Shown here one piece after another: positions 20,451-30,117 of a DNA stretch of 64,000 nucleotides (position 1 is the stretch's first letter; every line of letters begins with the position of its first letter). The notes below the pieces were generated by a model that saw only the letters and a list, made by a program, of their open reading frames with translations, made no database searches and was not told the DNA's origin. Source of the stretch: a virus (Duplodnaviria; Caudoviricetes); IMG/VR virus record IMGVR_UViG_3300042397_003635; one strand, written 5' to 3'. Made by a program: the position numbers and the translations under genes.

Positions 20451-20930
20451 TTATGCTTGTGGTTTTTCTCCTCTAAAGGCCTTACCTTTATTAGAATCTT
20501 TTCTTTCTGGATCAACTGGCTTGTAGTTTGCCCAGATTTCATTGTATATTCTGCAGCTTGCGCCCATGAAATTGATAATTCCAACAAATTTCTTACGATC
20601 ATCGCCAGTCATTCTAGAAACTTTCTTTCCAATACGACGAGCATCATCAAGATCTAATTCTTCTTCATCATCTTTTCCAACTAATTCTTTAAGAGAATTT
20701 CTGGATTTTTCATTGATTGCAATAAAAGACTCGAATGTCATTGATTCAGTTGGAGTATCAGACTCATGGTCTGAAACATACGAATCAAAACGATCAACTT
20801 CATCACCAGTCATTAAACCAGTTGCATACGTTACAAATCTTTCATAAAGATCTGCACGGTCTTGCATTGGAATTCCGGCTTTGTCCATATACTGGACTAT
20901 GCTGCGAGGTACGCTTAATGTAATCCTCAT
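20451..20930 (-). CDS. Hypothetical protein, putative head-internal protein
   Basis: Internal MTFESFIAINE motif. Confidence 0.75.
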   Translation of the reverse strand: MRITLSVPRSIVQYMDKAGIPMQDRADLYERFVTYATGLMTGDEVDRFDSYVSDHESDTPTESMTFESFIAINEKSRNSLKELVGKDDEEELDLDDARRIGKKVSRMTGDDRKKFVGIINFMGASCRIYNEIWANYKPVDPERKDSNKGKAFRGEKPQA

Positions 20931-20941
20931 CGAGTTTTTAA

Positions 20942-21295
20942 TTATTTTTGTTTGTTAGCCATCTTAGGGTCAACTGACTTAGTGATAGCTTTTCCTTTGA
21001 TAACTAAATTACCGAAACTAGGATCTACTGACTTAGTGATAGCCTTTCCTTTAGGGTTTGCTTCAGCTAAGTTAGAATTAACTGACTTAGAGATTTTAGA
21101 ACCTTTAGCAGCTTTAAGATCAGTCATTTTAGCGTCAACTGACTTTTTAACGCTAGAACCCTTAGGCATATCTAATTTAGCCATTTTAGGATCTACGCTT
21201 TTTCCTAATTTAGAACCTGTTGCAGGTAATACTGCCAAGTTTTGGTTAACTTTTTCAGTTAGGAACTCTGTGTAAGACAATACTGGGTTTGCCAT
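20942..21295 (-). CDS. Small basic repeat protein with N-terminal CTS-like motif (putative DNA-condensing internal protein)
   Basis: MANPVLSYTEFLTE followed by five K-rich G-x-x-[IVL]-x-KSV repeats. Confidence 0.8.
   Translation of the reverse strand: MANPVLSYTEFLTEKVNQNLAVLPATGSKLGKSVDPKMAKLDMPKGSSVKKSVDAKMTDLKAAKGSKISKSVNSNLAEANPKGKAITKSVDPSFGNLVIKGKAITKSVDPKMANKQK
20945..21217 (-). repeat. Five tandem 17-19 aa repeats (GKAITKSVDPKM-like)
   Basis: GSKLGKSVDPKM / GSSVKKSVDAKM / GSKISKSVNSNL / GKAITKSVDPSF / GKAITKSVDPKM; near-exact DNA duplication ACTGACTTAGTGATAGC. Confidence 0.9.
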
Positions 21296-21296
21296 T

Positions 21297-21374
21297 TTAT
21301 TGTTTTCTTTTTTTAATTACTCGATCTTCTCTGGGCACTCCTGGTCTCTCCAATCTTTCAATATGAGTATTCAT
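21297..21374 (-). CDS. Possible 25-aa small ORF (MNTHIERLERPGVPREDRVIKKRKQ)
   Basis: Lies between a late promoter and the repeat protein; its TAA is 1 nt before the next ATG. Confidence 0.35.
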   Translation of the reverse strand: MNTHIERLERPGVPREDRVIKKRKQ

Positions 21375-21452
21375 ATTAAAATAATATTAAGGCCGTCAGA
21401 GGTCTCAGATTAATTTCTTTTTATAATTACCTAATTAGACAATTATTTTAGT

Positions 21453-21459
21453 TATTTAT
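21453..21459 (-). promoter_or_regulatory. Putative late promoter ATAAATA
   Basis: GATAAATAAC just downstream of the capsid-gene terminator. Confidence 0.65.
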
Positions 21460-21471
21460 CTGACCTCTTAA

Positions 21472-21499
21472 AATAAGAAAGCCCTCCGAAGAGGGCTTT
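21472..21499 (-). terminator. Intrinsic terminator of the major capsid gene
   Basis: Minus strand AAAGCCCTC-TTCG-GAGGGCTTT-CTTATTT, with a C(UUCG)G tetraloop. Confidence 0.88.
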
Positions 21500-21523
21500 A
21501 CTTTAATATAACCTGGGTTAAGA

Positions 21524-23041
21524 TTATGCTAATTTAGCAAGAGAACCAGATGCCAATGAGAATTGAACATACTGAGTTCCAGGATGCCATCCAGCTTCAA
21601 CCAATGCATATCTTGACTTCATACCGATTTTCGGAGAGAAAGTACCCTCAGAAATAGTTTGAAGAGATTCTGCCATGATGTAAGGCATGAATTTAAGACC
21701 TGGCTCTTCGTCAGCACCTTTACGACCAATTAATACAGTCGCATCGTCAAACTTCAAGTTAGGATCAACGTATACGTTAAGACCGTAAACTTTACCAGCA
21801 GGGTACAATGTACCAGCAGCAGAACCTAAATCGTTGTTGAAAGGAGCAATTGAGTAACCAGCAGCATCAGCCATAGCAGATGCAACTTTAGCACCAACTA
21901 CTGCGAAAGTACCAGCACCAAAACGTGCTCTGTGGTAGATCAAGTTAGCAGATTCTAACATCTTGCTAGCAAGTCTTCTTTGAGCAGTTGTTACGTTTTC
22001 GAAACCACCAGTATAAGTAGCAGCAGATAAGTCTAATGTAGCAGAATAACCTTCAGCTGTTGCAGCTGCAGCAGCGTGAGTTGTTGCTAAATTCTTAACT
22101 TTAGAAACGATTTCTTTGTTGATTGTTTGAGCAAGCTCGTTAACAGCAACATTCTCTAACATAGAGATTGCGTCGAAATTCCAAACTCTGTTAAGATCTT
22201 GGATTTGCTCAACTGTTGCAGAGATAGAAACTTGAGAAGTTTTAGCCTCAACAAACTTAGTGAACATTTTAAGACCCATTTGACGGAATTTAGAAGTTTC
22301 ACCAGCACCTCTATTCATAGATTGAGTGTACTCTTGACCATCTAAGAAAGGACCATACCAAGCAGAAGCTTCAGCTGTACCTGCAGGAGCTGCAGTTGAA
22401 GTGAAACCAGAGATATGATTTTCTAAAGCAGATACTAATTCTACTTCAGCTTCTGAAACAGCAATACCTGCAGCAACCGCTTGAGCAGCAACTGAAGTAG
22501 AAGCGTCTGTACCAGAAATAACTTTGTAGATGTATTTTGCATCTAGACGAGATACACCAACATAAGCAAACTCTCTGTCACCAGTGTTATCTGGAGTTGT
22601 ATCAAGAGTTGCAGTTTTGATCAAATATGGTTCAAACTCACCAGTTACGTTACCACCTTGGTAAACATAATCTAAGTAAGGAAGGAAACCAACTGGAGAG
22701 TCCATAGGAACTACACCAACTAGGTCAAAACCAATAGTTTTTGCTGCTACTTGAATAGCAACTGGCAATAAACTTGGGAATTTATCACCTGAACCATTTG
22801 CACCAGTTGTTGGAGCTAATGGGTTACCGATTCCACTGATAGAACCTGGTTGTTGATAGAATAAACCTGGAGCAACAGCTGATTCGTTGATTGCACCTGC
22901 GTTTTCGAACATTGCGTGATAGTGGCAATAATCTACTAACCAAGGACGTGAATCTGCGTTTACACCATAGCTTTCTAAAACTGGAGCCCAAGTTGACTTA
23001 ACAGAGGCATCGTTTAGTCTTTTAAATACTTTTGTAGACAT
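21524..23041 (-). CDS. gp23: Major capsid protein (gp23-like)
   Basis: LLPVAIQVAAKTIGFDLVGVVPMDSPVG, ELAQTINKEI, GTFSPKIGMKSRYAL; probable maturation site INE/SA. Confidence 0.95.
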   Translation of the reverse strand: MSTKVFKRLNDASVKSTWAPVLESYGVNADSRPWLVDYCHYHAMFENAGAINESAVAPGLFYQQPGSISGIGNPLAPTTGANGSGDKFPSLLPVAIQVAAKTIGFDLVGVVPMDSPVGFLPYLDYVYQGGNVTGEFEPYLIKTATLDTTPDNTGDREFAYVGVSRLDAKYIYKVISGTDASTSVAAQAVAAGIAVSEAEVELVSALENHISGFTSTAAPAGTAEASAWYGPFLDGQEYTQSMNRGAGETSKFRQMGLKMFTKFVEAKTSQVSISATVEQIQDLNRVWNFDAISMLENVAVNELAQTINKEIVSKVKNLATTHAAAAATAEGYSATLDLSAATYTGGFENVTTAQRRLASKMLESANLIYHRARFGAGTFAVVGAKVASAMADAAGYSIAPFNNDLGSAAGTLYPAGKVYGLNVYVDPNLKFDDATVLIGRKGADEEPGLKFMPYIMAESLQTISEGTFSPKIGMKSRYALVEAGWHPGTQYVQFSLASGSLAKLA

Positions 23042-23058
23042 TTTGTTTTAAAAATTTT

Positions 23059-25092
23059 TTAGTTGTTTGCTCTTCTTTTTAGAGCGTCGAGGTATGCATT
23101 ACCATAACCTCTTTGATGTTCCGCAACTTTCTCAATCGAGATAAAACCTTCTCTACCTTGGCTTTCGTTGATGTGTTGCGCTGTTTTATTTTGTTTTTCG
23201 AAATAAATTCTTTCATTAACTCCTCTTAAATCTCTGCTCTCCCAGAAGTTTTTAACTTGGTAAGGAGTGTTAAGAACAGTTAAAGAAGCTTGAGCTTCTA
23301 AACGGCTCTTTTCTGCAGGAGTCATGCTTTCAAAAACTTCTTTGAATTTAGCAGGCATGAACTTAATTAAGTTTGGAGTATTTTCTTGTTGTTTGTTAAG
23401 AACTGATTCAATGATTTGGATAACGTCTTCTTCTTTGAAGTAAACTGCACCTGAAAGAGCTTCAATAATAGCAGTTTTTTGAGTTTGATCTAAATTAAAG
23501 AATCTTGATTTATTATCTTCGTTAAGAAGTTTTAAGAATGGATATCTGCTTTCTAATACAGATTTAGCAGAGTTATCTTTGATATGCTTAACAATTGAGT
23601 TAACTGAACTTACAATATCAGAAACATTAGAACCTTCAGAAACTTGATAGTTTACAGACTCATCTAATTTTTCGATTTGGCTAAATGCAGAGGCAGTTTT
23701 AGTAGAAAGACCTACTTTACCTTCATTTAATTCAGTTGCAATATACTCAGAATATTTAATTCCTCTTTCAAGGTTTTCAGCAAGATAGTTAGCGTAACCA
23801 ATAGAGTGCTTTAAGTTTTCAGCAACGTATTCAGTGTATCTGATACCTTGTTCTGATTTTTCAGCAACATACTCAGAATATTGAATTCCTTTATCAAGGT
23901 TTTCTGCTAAGTATTCTGTGTATTTAATATTTTTGTTTACGTTTTCAGCAATATGCTCAGAGTAATCAATTGCATTATTTAGGTTTTCTCCAACGTATTC
24001 AGCATAACCGATACCTTGTTCAACTTTTTCTGCAAGATAATCAGAATAATCAATTACTTTATTAACTTTCTCAGCAACGTGCTCAGAATAATTAATTGAT
24101 TTGTTCATCATTCCAGAAAGGTAATTGTTATATTCAATTACTTTGCTAAGCTCGCTTGAAAGATAGTTAACATACTCAACTAATTGTTCATTAGTTGCAG
24201 GTGTTTGTTCTTCATCTTGTTCAGCATTTGGATCTTCAACCACTGGAGCATCAGCAGGTTGGTCGTCTTCGGTAACTGCGAAGTTATCAACCATTTTATC
24301 TACACTTTCTTTAAGTGCGTCAAACTTGCCTTTAACAAGTTCAGAGTATTGGTTGAACGCTTCTTTCGTTACAAACTCATTAGTCATGTGTTTGTTATTA
24401 TTTTCCATAGTTTGTACTATCTCTTCATTATTTATCTTATAAACTTTGATTGATTCCTCGAGGTTTAAGCTTTCAGAAATATCAACCAATTTATTTACAA
24501 TTGACGTAGATTTAATATTTTCCAAAGATTCGAAAAGCATAGAGTAATTGCTTTGGAAGCTCTCGTTAACAGATCTTCTAAGAACAGCTTCACTGAAACC
24601 AGGTTCAGCTACTAGATCGTATGTGAATATTCTTTGGATTTTTACTTTACCTTCATTCATTACCTGACCAGCGGCTCTTGAAGAAGTTGAAATTGTACAG
24701 CCTGACTCAACTAGAGTTTTTGCAATCTGGCCAGCGGGAGTGTTAAGCAGACGTACTTTAATTTTTACGTTATTAGAATTTTGATCGTACCATAATTTCT
24801 CAACTACGTGAGAAACGTTTTTAAGTGAAACGTCAAAATTTTGAGGGTGGTCTAGCTCACCAAATAATTGACCTCTTTCGATTTTCTCGTTTAGGTATTC
24901 TAGGTGAGGAAGATACTCTGCTTTTTCGTAGATACGGTTGTTGTTATTCTTTGTGTCAAATACTGCACAAACACCTTCCATAACGATATCACCATTATCT
25001 AGTTTTGCTGAGTTTAAACCTTCATTTACTCTTTCTATAATGAAGAGCATATCTGAGGTTTTTGTAATTTCGTTTACGCCTGTAAGGACCAC
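23059..25092 (-). CDS. gp21: Prohead protease (gp21-like) fused to scaffold/core domain
   Basis: MEGVCAVFDTKNNNNRIY, GELDHP, VSHV, STSSRAAG, YDLVAEPGF protease motifs; C-terminal helical repeats; immediately upstream of the capsid gene. Confidence 0.9.
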   Translation of the reverse strand: MVLTGVNEITKTSDMLFIIERVNEGLNSAKLDNGDIVMEGVCAVFDTKNNNNRIYEKAEYLPHLEYLNEKIERGQLFGELDHPQNFDVSLKNVSHVVEKLWYDQNSNNVKIKVRLLNTPAGQIAKTLVESGCTISTSSRAAGQVMNEGKVKIQRIFTYDLVAEPGFSEAVLRRSVNESFQSNYSMLFESLENIKSTSIVNKLVDISESLNLEESIKVYKINNEEIVQTMENNNKHMTNEFVTKEAFNQYSELVKGKFDALKESVDKMVDNFAVTEDDQPADAPVVEDPNAEQDEEQTPATNEQLVEYVNYLSSELSKVIEYNNYLSGMMNKSINYSEHVAEKVNKVIDYSDYLAEKVEQGIGYAEYVGENLNNAIDYSEHIAENVNKNIKYTEYLAENLDKGIQYSEYVAEKSEQGIRYTEYVAENLKHSIGYANYLAENLERGIKYSEYIATELNEGKVGLSTKTASAFSQIEKLDESVNYQVSEGSNVSDIVSSVNSIVKHIKDNSAKSVLESRYPFLKLLNEDNKSRFFNLDQTQKTAIIEALSGAVYFKEEDVIQIIESVLNKQQENTPNLIKFMPAKFKEVFESMTPAEKSRLEAQASLTVLNTPYQVKNFWESRDLRGVNERIYFEKQNKTAQHINESQGREGFISIEKVAEHQRGYGNAYLDALKRRANN
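23719..24180 (-). repeat. Eleven tandem 14-aa repeats (I-x-Y-x-E-Y-[LVI]-A-E-x-x-x-x-x)
   Basis: VEYVNYLSSELSKV ... IKYTEYLAENLDKG / IQYSEYVAEKSEQG / IRYTEYVAENLKHS ... IKYSEYIATELNEG; 11 x 42 nt = 462 nt. Confidence 0.92.
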
Positions 25093-25111
25093 GTTGCCTG
25101 ATTTTTTTTAT

Positions 25112-25119
25112 TATTTATA
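25112..25119 (-). promoter_or_regulatory. Late promoter TATAAATA for the protease-capsid operon
   Basis: Exact T4 late consensus about 20 nt upstream of the GTG start. Confidence 0.75.
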
Positions 25120-25162
25120 TCATATCGATAGAAATAATTCGCAACAAGTGACAAGTTGACAC

Positions 25163-26026
25163 CTATTTAGTCTTATTTATTAGGCTTATTAGATCCAGCT
25201 TCTCAGAATCAGTTAGTTTATCGAAATTAGGAACCTTGGTGTGAATTTTAAAGATATAAGAACCTTTATTTTGTGTGCCAGTTGACATTCCTCTACCAGG
25301 AATAGTTATTCTAATGTCATTAAATGACTTAGCTTTGATTGACTTTATTTTAAAATTGGTTCCAGAAACTGAAGTAAAAATAAAATTTTCAATATTAATT
25401 AGTTCATCGAGACTTACTTCTCGATTATCAATAATATTACCTGATACATCAAGAGAAACTCCAGCGGGTAATACAATATCCAATAAAACATACAAATTGC
25501 CAATAAATGCACGGTTAAACATGCTTCCACCTCCAAGTTTTCCATGATTTCCCATATTTTGAAAGGTTAATCTGGAAAAGGCCTTATTGCCATCGAATAT
25601 TAATTGGTGTTTAGTTGTATCTGGGTTAAGATCAACACTAAATCTAATTGGAGAAGATTCTCCCTTTTTTGTGTAAGTAACCTCAATAGTTTTTCCAATT
25701 AACAAATCTTTAAGATCGATTTTTTGGTTAACAACAATGTCTAGATTAAGACCCCAGTTTTGAGTAAAAATATCTTCAGCAGCAAAGCCGCCAAACATGT
25801 CTCTAAGATCTTCAAAGGTTGATCCAGCTGATCCACCTCGATCGTAGTTTTTACGTTTTTCCGAATCTCCTAATACACCATAAGCCTCAGCGATTTCCTT
25901 AAATTTGGATTCGCCGTCTGGATTTTTATCAGGGTGATATTTTACAACAAGCTTTCGGTAAGCCTTTTTAATATCTTCCTGACTGCATCCACGCTCTACT
26001 TCTAGTATATTATAATAGTCTTTCAC
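25163..26026 (-). CDS. dnaJ: DnaJ-family co-chaperone (J domain, no zinc finger)
   Basis: [10 protein letters not shown]...KYHPDKNP...[11 protein letters not shown]; G/F-rich region; C-terminal domain with GRG and GSYIFKI. Confidence 0.9.
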   Translation of the reverse strand: MKDYYNILEVERGCSQEDIKKAYRKLVVKYHPDKNPDGESKFKEIAEAYGVLGDSEKRKNYDRGGSAGSTFEDLRDMFGGFAAEDIFTQNWGLNLDIVVNQKIDLKDLLIGKTIEVTYTKKGESSPIRFSVDLNPDTTKHQLIFDGNKAFSRLTFQNMGNHGKLGGGSMFNRAFIGNLYVLLDIVLPAGVSLDVSGNIIDNREVSLDELINIENFIFTSVSGTNFKIKSIKAKSFNDIRITIPGRGMSTGTQNKGSYIFKIHTKVPNFDKLTDSEKLDLISLINKTK

Positions 26027-26045
26027 TATAATTAATATACCTAAA

Positions 26046-26846
26046 TTAGTAGCCTACTGTAACGGTTTTTGATAAAATGTTAGGTTCCAGTGCAGCAAGT
26101 ACACCGGCATTTAGTCCTGGTGTTGCTGGAAGTTTTCCATCCACTGCGCTGGCTAGACTTTTTAGGGCAGTCATTACCGCATTACCCATAACTGCAGGTT
26201 CAGTTGATGAGCTGTGACCAAGTCGAGTAAAATCACCATTTAGCCATACTTGGCTTGATGTGACTCTAACTTCTGATGTTGCATTAATATCAACAGTTGA
26301 ATTTGCTATAATATTAATAGTTGGACCCTCTAATTCAATAATAGATTGGGTTTCTTTATGTTCAATTGTTATCTTGGAATCTTGTGCAATATTAATTCTA
26401 GATGACTTATTTTCAAAAGTAAGGCCCTTTCCAACGGTAAACCATAATTTAAGCGCTTCGTCTCCATCCCATAAAATAAAATGGGATCCTAAATATTCGC
26501 CGTCCTTTTTAAGTTCTTCTTGAAGGTCTTTTGCAAGTTCTTGTAATTGTTCGTATTCTGGGCTATAGATATCTCCTTGGTCAAATCTCACTACAACGAG
26601 TGCACCATTTTTTGGTATTGAAATACTAGCCGCGCCCTCTTTTCCAAAGAATGTAGATTTTGTTCCTGGATTAGCCCATGGAATATCTTCAATCGCAAGG
26701 GAATCGAATAGTCCATGTACCCTAACTCGACAGCGTCCTTCTTTCAATGGATCATTTACGTCAACAACAGTTCCCATATATCTCTTAATAAGATACTCAA
26801 TTGAACTATCATCAGATCTATTAATATCGGTGTTACGGTTTAACAT
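26046..26846 (-). CDS. gp5: Baseplate central spike / gp5-VgrG-like OB-fold protein (no lysozyme domain)
   Basis: [39 protein letters not shown]; C-terminal beta-strand repeats. Confidence 0.8.
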   Translation of the reverse strand: MLNRNTDINRSDDSSIEYLIKRYMGTVVDVNDPLKEGRCRVRVHGLFDSLAIEDIPWANPGTKSTFFGKEGAASISIPKNGALVVVRFDQGDIYSPEYEQLQELAKDLQEELKKDGEYLGSHFILWDGDEALKLWFTVGKGLTFENKSSRINIAQDSKITIEHKETQSIIELEGPTINIIANSTVDINATSEVRVTSSQVWLNGDFTRLGHSSSTEPAVMGNAVMTALKSLASAVDGKLPATPGLNAGVLAALEPNILSKTVTVGY

Positions 26847-28558
26847 TATGACTTATATGGGTTTTGGCTAGTTATTTTACCTCCTTGTTTTCTTTGGTTT
26901 ACAATTGATGAAACTGTAGAATCGCCTGGAAAAACATCAAACCTAATAGATCCAGTAGATTTAGTTGTATTATTTACAAAAACATCGGTCTTAATTGGCG
27001 ATGCATATTGAGAAGACTTTCCAGGAAAAATATCATTCTTAATTGGCGGAGCCTTTCTATTATCAGCGCCAGTAAATTCATCTCTTGTAATTTTTGGAGC
27101 CTTACGGTTATCTGTTCCAGTAAACATGTCCACGTTTATTGGTAAGGCTGTCCTAATATCGGTTCCTTCAAAAACATCGCTATTCAGTGGAGTTACTCGA
27201 CGTCCATTAACCACGTCTTCAACTGATATGCTTGGCCCATATGGATTTATTTTAAGACCATTTTCTCCTAGGAAATTATTAACACCACTTTCAAAATTCT
27301 GCTGTACTCCTTGTAGAGCATCATTTAACAATCTCTGTGGAGTACCTAAAACATTAGCAAGCTTATTTTTTGCTGCGGTTAATACTCTAGTAACTCCTCC
27401 AGTAAATGGCCCAAGGTTAAGTGCTCCATTAAGGGCGCTAGTAATAGACGTAGTTACAAATGAATTTGGTTCTCCTAGTGATGCAAAACCAAATGACTGA
27501 TCACCAAAATGGGTCGCAGGTAAAACTCGTTTAATTTTAATCTTAAATTGTGGTTGAAAACTTGAATCGCTTACGCTAGATTTTACTCCAGATGAATAGC
27601 TGTCAAGAAATCCAGAAAAATCAAAGGTGCAACCTACACATCTAAATCCAATTCCACCGAAATTAATTTGTGCACTAAATGTGTCATCATAAAAAGCATT
27701 TGGTCCAAATCCTAATCCAATATTAATTCCGCTAGTATCTACTCCACTTTTTAGAAATCTTAAATCCATTAAGTATAAATCCATTGAAAATTGTTCAAGG
27801 TTATGCGGTAAAATCTTTCTATTATTAAATGAATCCCAAGAAAGCATTTTATAGTAGTGAGCAAGTTTAGTTATTCTTAAGTCAACACTTTCTTCACACT
27901 TTATTGTAATTACCGACTCTGCTACGCTATGCTTATATGACGCATCCCATAAAGAGTTAAGACCATCTATTTCTTTAAATGTCCATGGAGATTGTGTTAA
28001 AATTAGATTTAGTAAATTTTTAAATTCTGCTAAATAATAACCTCTATTAATATCAGTGACATCTGGTTTAATTCCATCAATTGTTGAGTTTGCTCGGTTC
28101 TTTAGTGGAACGCTGTTTGACCATTTTTCTTCATAATCATCATCTAGCGTTTCATTTCCAAAGTGGTTTAGATATTGAATTGCACTAGCTTCGCTTGGAT
28201 CACTTGCTAATTTTGTAAAGTTTTTTCCATCGTTTCTAATGGCCATCGATCCGGTTTCAACGTTAAGTGAACCTTCTTCTGGGAAATAGAAAAGAGGGTT
28301 TGCTCGCAATCCAGTAAAAGGATTTTCAATATCTTTTGCTTCGGAATTAGTTGAATGTATATCAATATAGAAACCAAAGTAAGTTGGATCTTCATTTCCA
28401 ACACTTTCTGTTCTACCGTTTCTAAATGCATAAATTATATTAGGTAGCTCATTGGTTCTTTTGTCAAATATTGAGGAGATTGCTGCCCCATACTTATTAC
28501 TATTAGAGCTATTTCCGCTTAGCGCATTCTGGATTCCTGATAAAGCATCACTTGGCAT
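26846..28558 (-). CDS. Putative baseplate/tail-tube-associated protein with C-terminal repeats
   Basis: 570-aa ORF within the baseplate cluster; no firm family match. Confidence 0.65.
   Translation of the reverse strand: MPSDALSGIQNALSGNSSNSNKYGAAISSIFDKRTNELPNIIYAFRNGRTESVGNEDPTYFGFYIDIHSTNSEAKDIENPFTGLRANPLFYFPEEGSLNVETGSMAIRNDGKNFTKLASDPSEASAIQYLNHFGNETLDDDYEEKWSNSVPLKNRANSTIDGIKPDVTDINRGYYLAEFKNLLNLILTQSPWTFKEIDGLNSLWDASYKHSVAESVITIKCEESVDLRITKLAHYYKMLSWDSFNNRKILPHNLEQFSMDLYLMDLRFLKSGVDTSGINIGLGFGPNAFYDDTFSAQINFGGIGFRCVGCTFDFSGFLDSYSSGVKSSVSDSSFQPQFKIKIKRVLPATHFGDQSFGFASLGEPNSFVTTSITSALNGALNLGPFTGGVTRVLTAAKNKLANVLGTPQRLLNDALQGVQQNFESGVNNFLGENGLKINPYGPSISVEDVVNGRRVTPLNSDVFEGTDIRTALPINVDMFTGTDNRKAPKITRDEFTGADNRKAPPIKNDIFPGKSSQYASPIKTDVFVNNTTKSTGSIRFDVFPGDSTVSSIVNQRKQGGKITSQNPYKS
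26900..27187 (-). repeat. Six tandem 16-aa repeats ([IL]-x-x-D-x-F-x-G...)
   Basis: LNSDVFEGTDIRTALP / INVDMFTGTDNRKAPK / ITRDEFTGADNRKAPP / IKNDIFPGKSSQYASP / IKTDVFVNNTTKSTGS / IRFDVFPGDSTVSSIV. Confidence 0.85.
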
Positions 28559-28560
28559 AA

Positions 28561-30117
28561 TTATGCATTAATATTTTTTAATCTTTCAGTTTCTAAATAA
28601 GAATCTGGTTTTACGTCTAGCCACTCTCTTTTTGCTAATACTAAAGTAGTTGACATTTTTGTATTGTCTAATTCCGAAAGTGCATCGTATTCATATATTA
28701 CGTCCTTTACATAATACAACCCTGACAAATAATAGTCATACGACTCTTGTGTAGTTGCTTCTGCTCCAGGGACCTCTTTAATATTATCATCAGTCTGCAT
28801 ATTTCTAGGATCGTCTGCACTCTTTAAATTTTTTATAACTACTCTAACCTTAACTCCACGAATAACATTTTGGTTCATACTAGGAATTTTTACAACCAAG
28901 TAATTTTTAGTTAATTCTGTTAAGTTGTGTAAATTTAGTAATTTAGCAAATTTATAGTTAGTATGACCATTGTTATAATCTATTCCCAGCCATCTTGCAG
29001 ATTGTTCGCCTTCTGTAAAGTTGTTGAGCATAGGCTTTTGGTATAAAACTTGATTATTAACAACCTCTCTTTTACTTAATGGCTCGTGGTAAAAAGACAA
29101 ATACTTACCAGTATTTAAGTATTCAGCTCGATCATGCCAGTTAATTTGTTTTTTATAGGCTTGAGTGGATAAAACTTCTCCGTGATTTGAATACATTGAA
29201 TATTCAACTATATTTAGAGCCGAACCTGATCTTTTTCTAGAACTATTTAGCTCAACATCAAAAAATTCATATTTTTTTTCCTTATTATCAGTTGTTGTTG
29301 TTGCGTCTAGGTTTGATAAGTTTGTTTGAGATGTTACATCTCCCGCAACAGCGTATTGGAATACTTTAGTTTCTGCACCCAATACCTTTTCAACATTAAT
29401 AAAATTTAAAATATAGTTTACATCAATAAATGAAGTAAAAAAACTAGTTTCATTTTTATATGCACGATCAGTTATATTTTTAATAAAATTTGCAACAGTT
29501 GAATTTGGATTTATCCAAGTCATTTCATCATTAGTTGACTCTTCGTTGGTTGCAAATCCAAGTTTTAAATCAGTTGCAATCTTTTTAAGAGCATCAATTG
29601 ACTTAAGTTTAGGTAAAGCTTTTATATTATCTCCATATAAACCTGGAATAAACAATGACCCAGTTATAGTGTAAATATTTTCTTGATTACTTCCAGTATA
29701 AGTATTATTCGTTGGACTTCCAACAATAGATTCAACTAAATAATCTCCCCTAATCATTTTTGTTTCAGGGTTATTTGATTTAACATATAACTTTAACAGT
29801 GGATTTCTTCTAGGAAAGTATCTTCCGCTAAATGCACCACTTTTATCAATAAAACTTAGAGTAATTTCAGGCAAAAATCCATTTTGGTATATGTTTAATG
29901 AGATAAAATCTCTCATCATTATACGATAATTATCAATTTCTGCATATGGAACAAGTGCACCAGCAACGTTTGCCACGTCTTGGCCAGCTTTTGATGAATC
30001 ATTAGACTGTCCACCCGATTGATTATTAAATCCCTTTATATCAGGTATTGCAATTGTATTAATCACCAGGGTAGGCTGAAATACGGTCGATAATGCGTTT
30101 GGATCAGTTGTTGCCAT
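28561..30117 (-). CDS. Putative baseplate hub protein (gp27-like)
   Basis: C-terminal IRGVKVRV...YLSGLYYVKDVIYEY...TTLVLAKRE pattern typical of hub proteins; between the gp53-like and gp5-like genes. Confidence 0.65.
   Translation of the reverse strand: MATTDPNALSTVFQPTLVINTIAIPDIKGFNNQSGGQSNDSSKAGQDVANVAGALVPYAEIDNYRIMMRDFISLNIYQNGFLPEITLSFIDKSGAFSGRYFPRRNPLLKLYVKSNNPETKMIRGDYLVESIVGSPTNNTYTGSNQENIYTITGSLFIPGLYGDNIKALPKLKSIDALKKIATDLKLGFATNEESTNDEMTWINPNSTVANFIKNITDRAYKNETSFFTSFIDVNYILNFINVEKVLGAETKVFQYAVAGDVTSQTNLSNLDATTTTDNKEKKYEFFDVELNSSRKRSGSALNIVEYSMYSNHGEVLSTQAYKKQINWHDRAEYLNTGKYLSFYHEPLSKREVVNNQVLYQKPMLNNFTEGEQSARWLGIDYNNGHTNYKFAKLLNLHNLTELTKNYLVVKIPSMNQNVIRGVKVRVVIKNLKSADDPRNMQTDDNIKEVPGAEATTQESYDYYLSGLYYVKDVIYEYDALSELDNTKMSTTLVLAKREWLDVKPDSYLETERLKNINA

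Noticed and set aside
20952-21275. Plus-strand 107-aa repetitive ORF
   Set aside because: It is the antisense shadow of the Lys-rich repeat gene; the repeats explain the lack of stops, and it has no promoter context.
23719-24180. CRISPR-like or DNA tandem array
   Set aside because: The 42-nt periodicity is conserved at the protein level with synonymous divergence and no unique spacers; it is a coding repeat.
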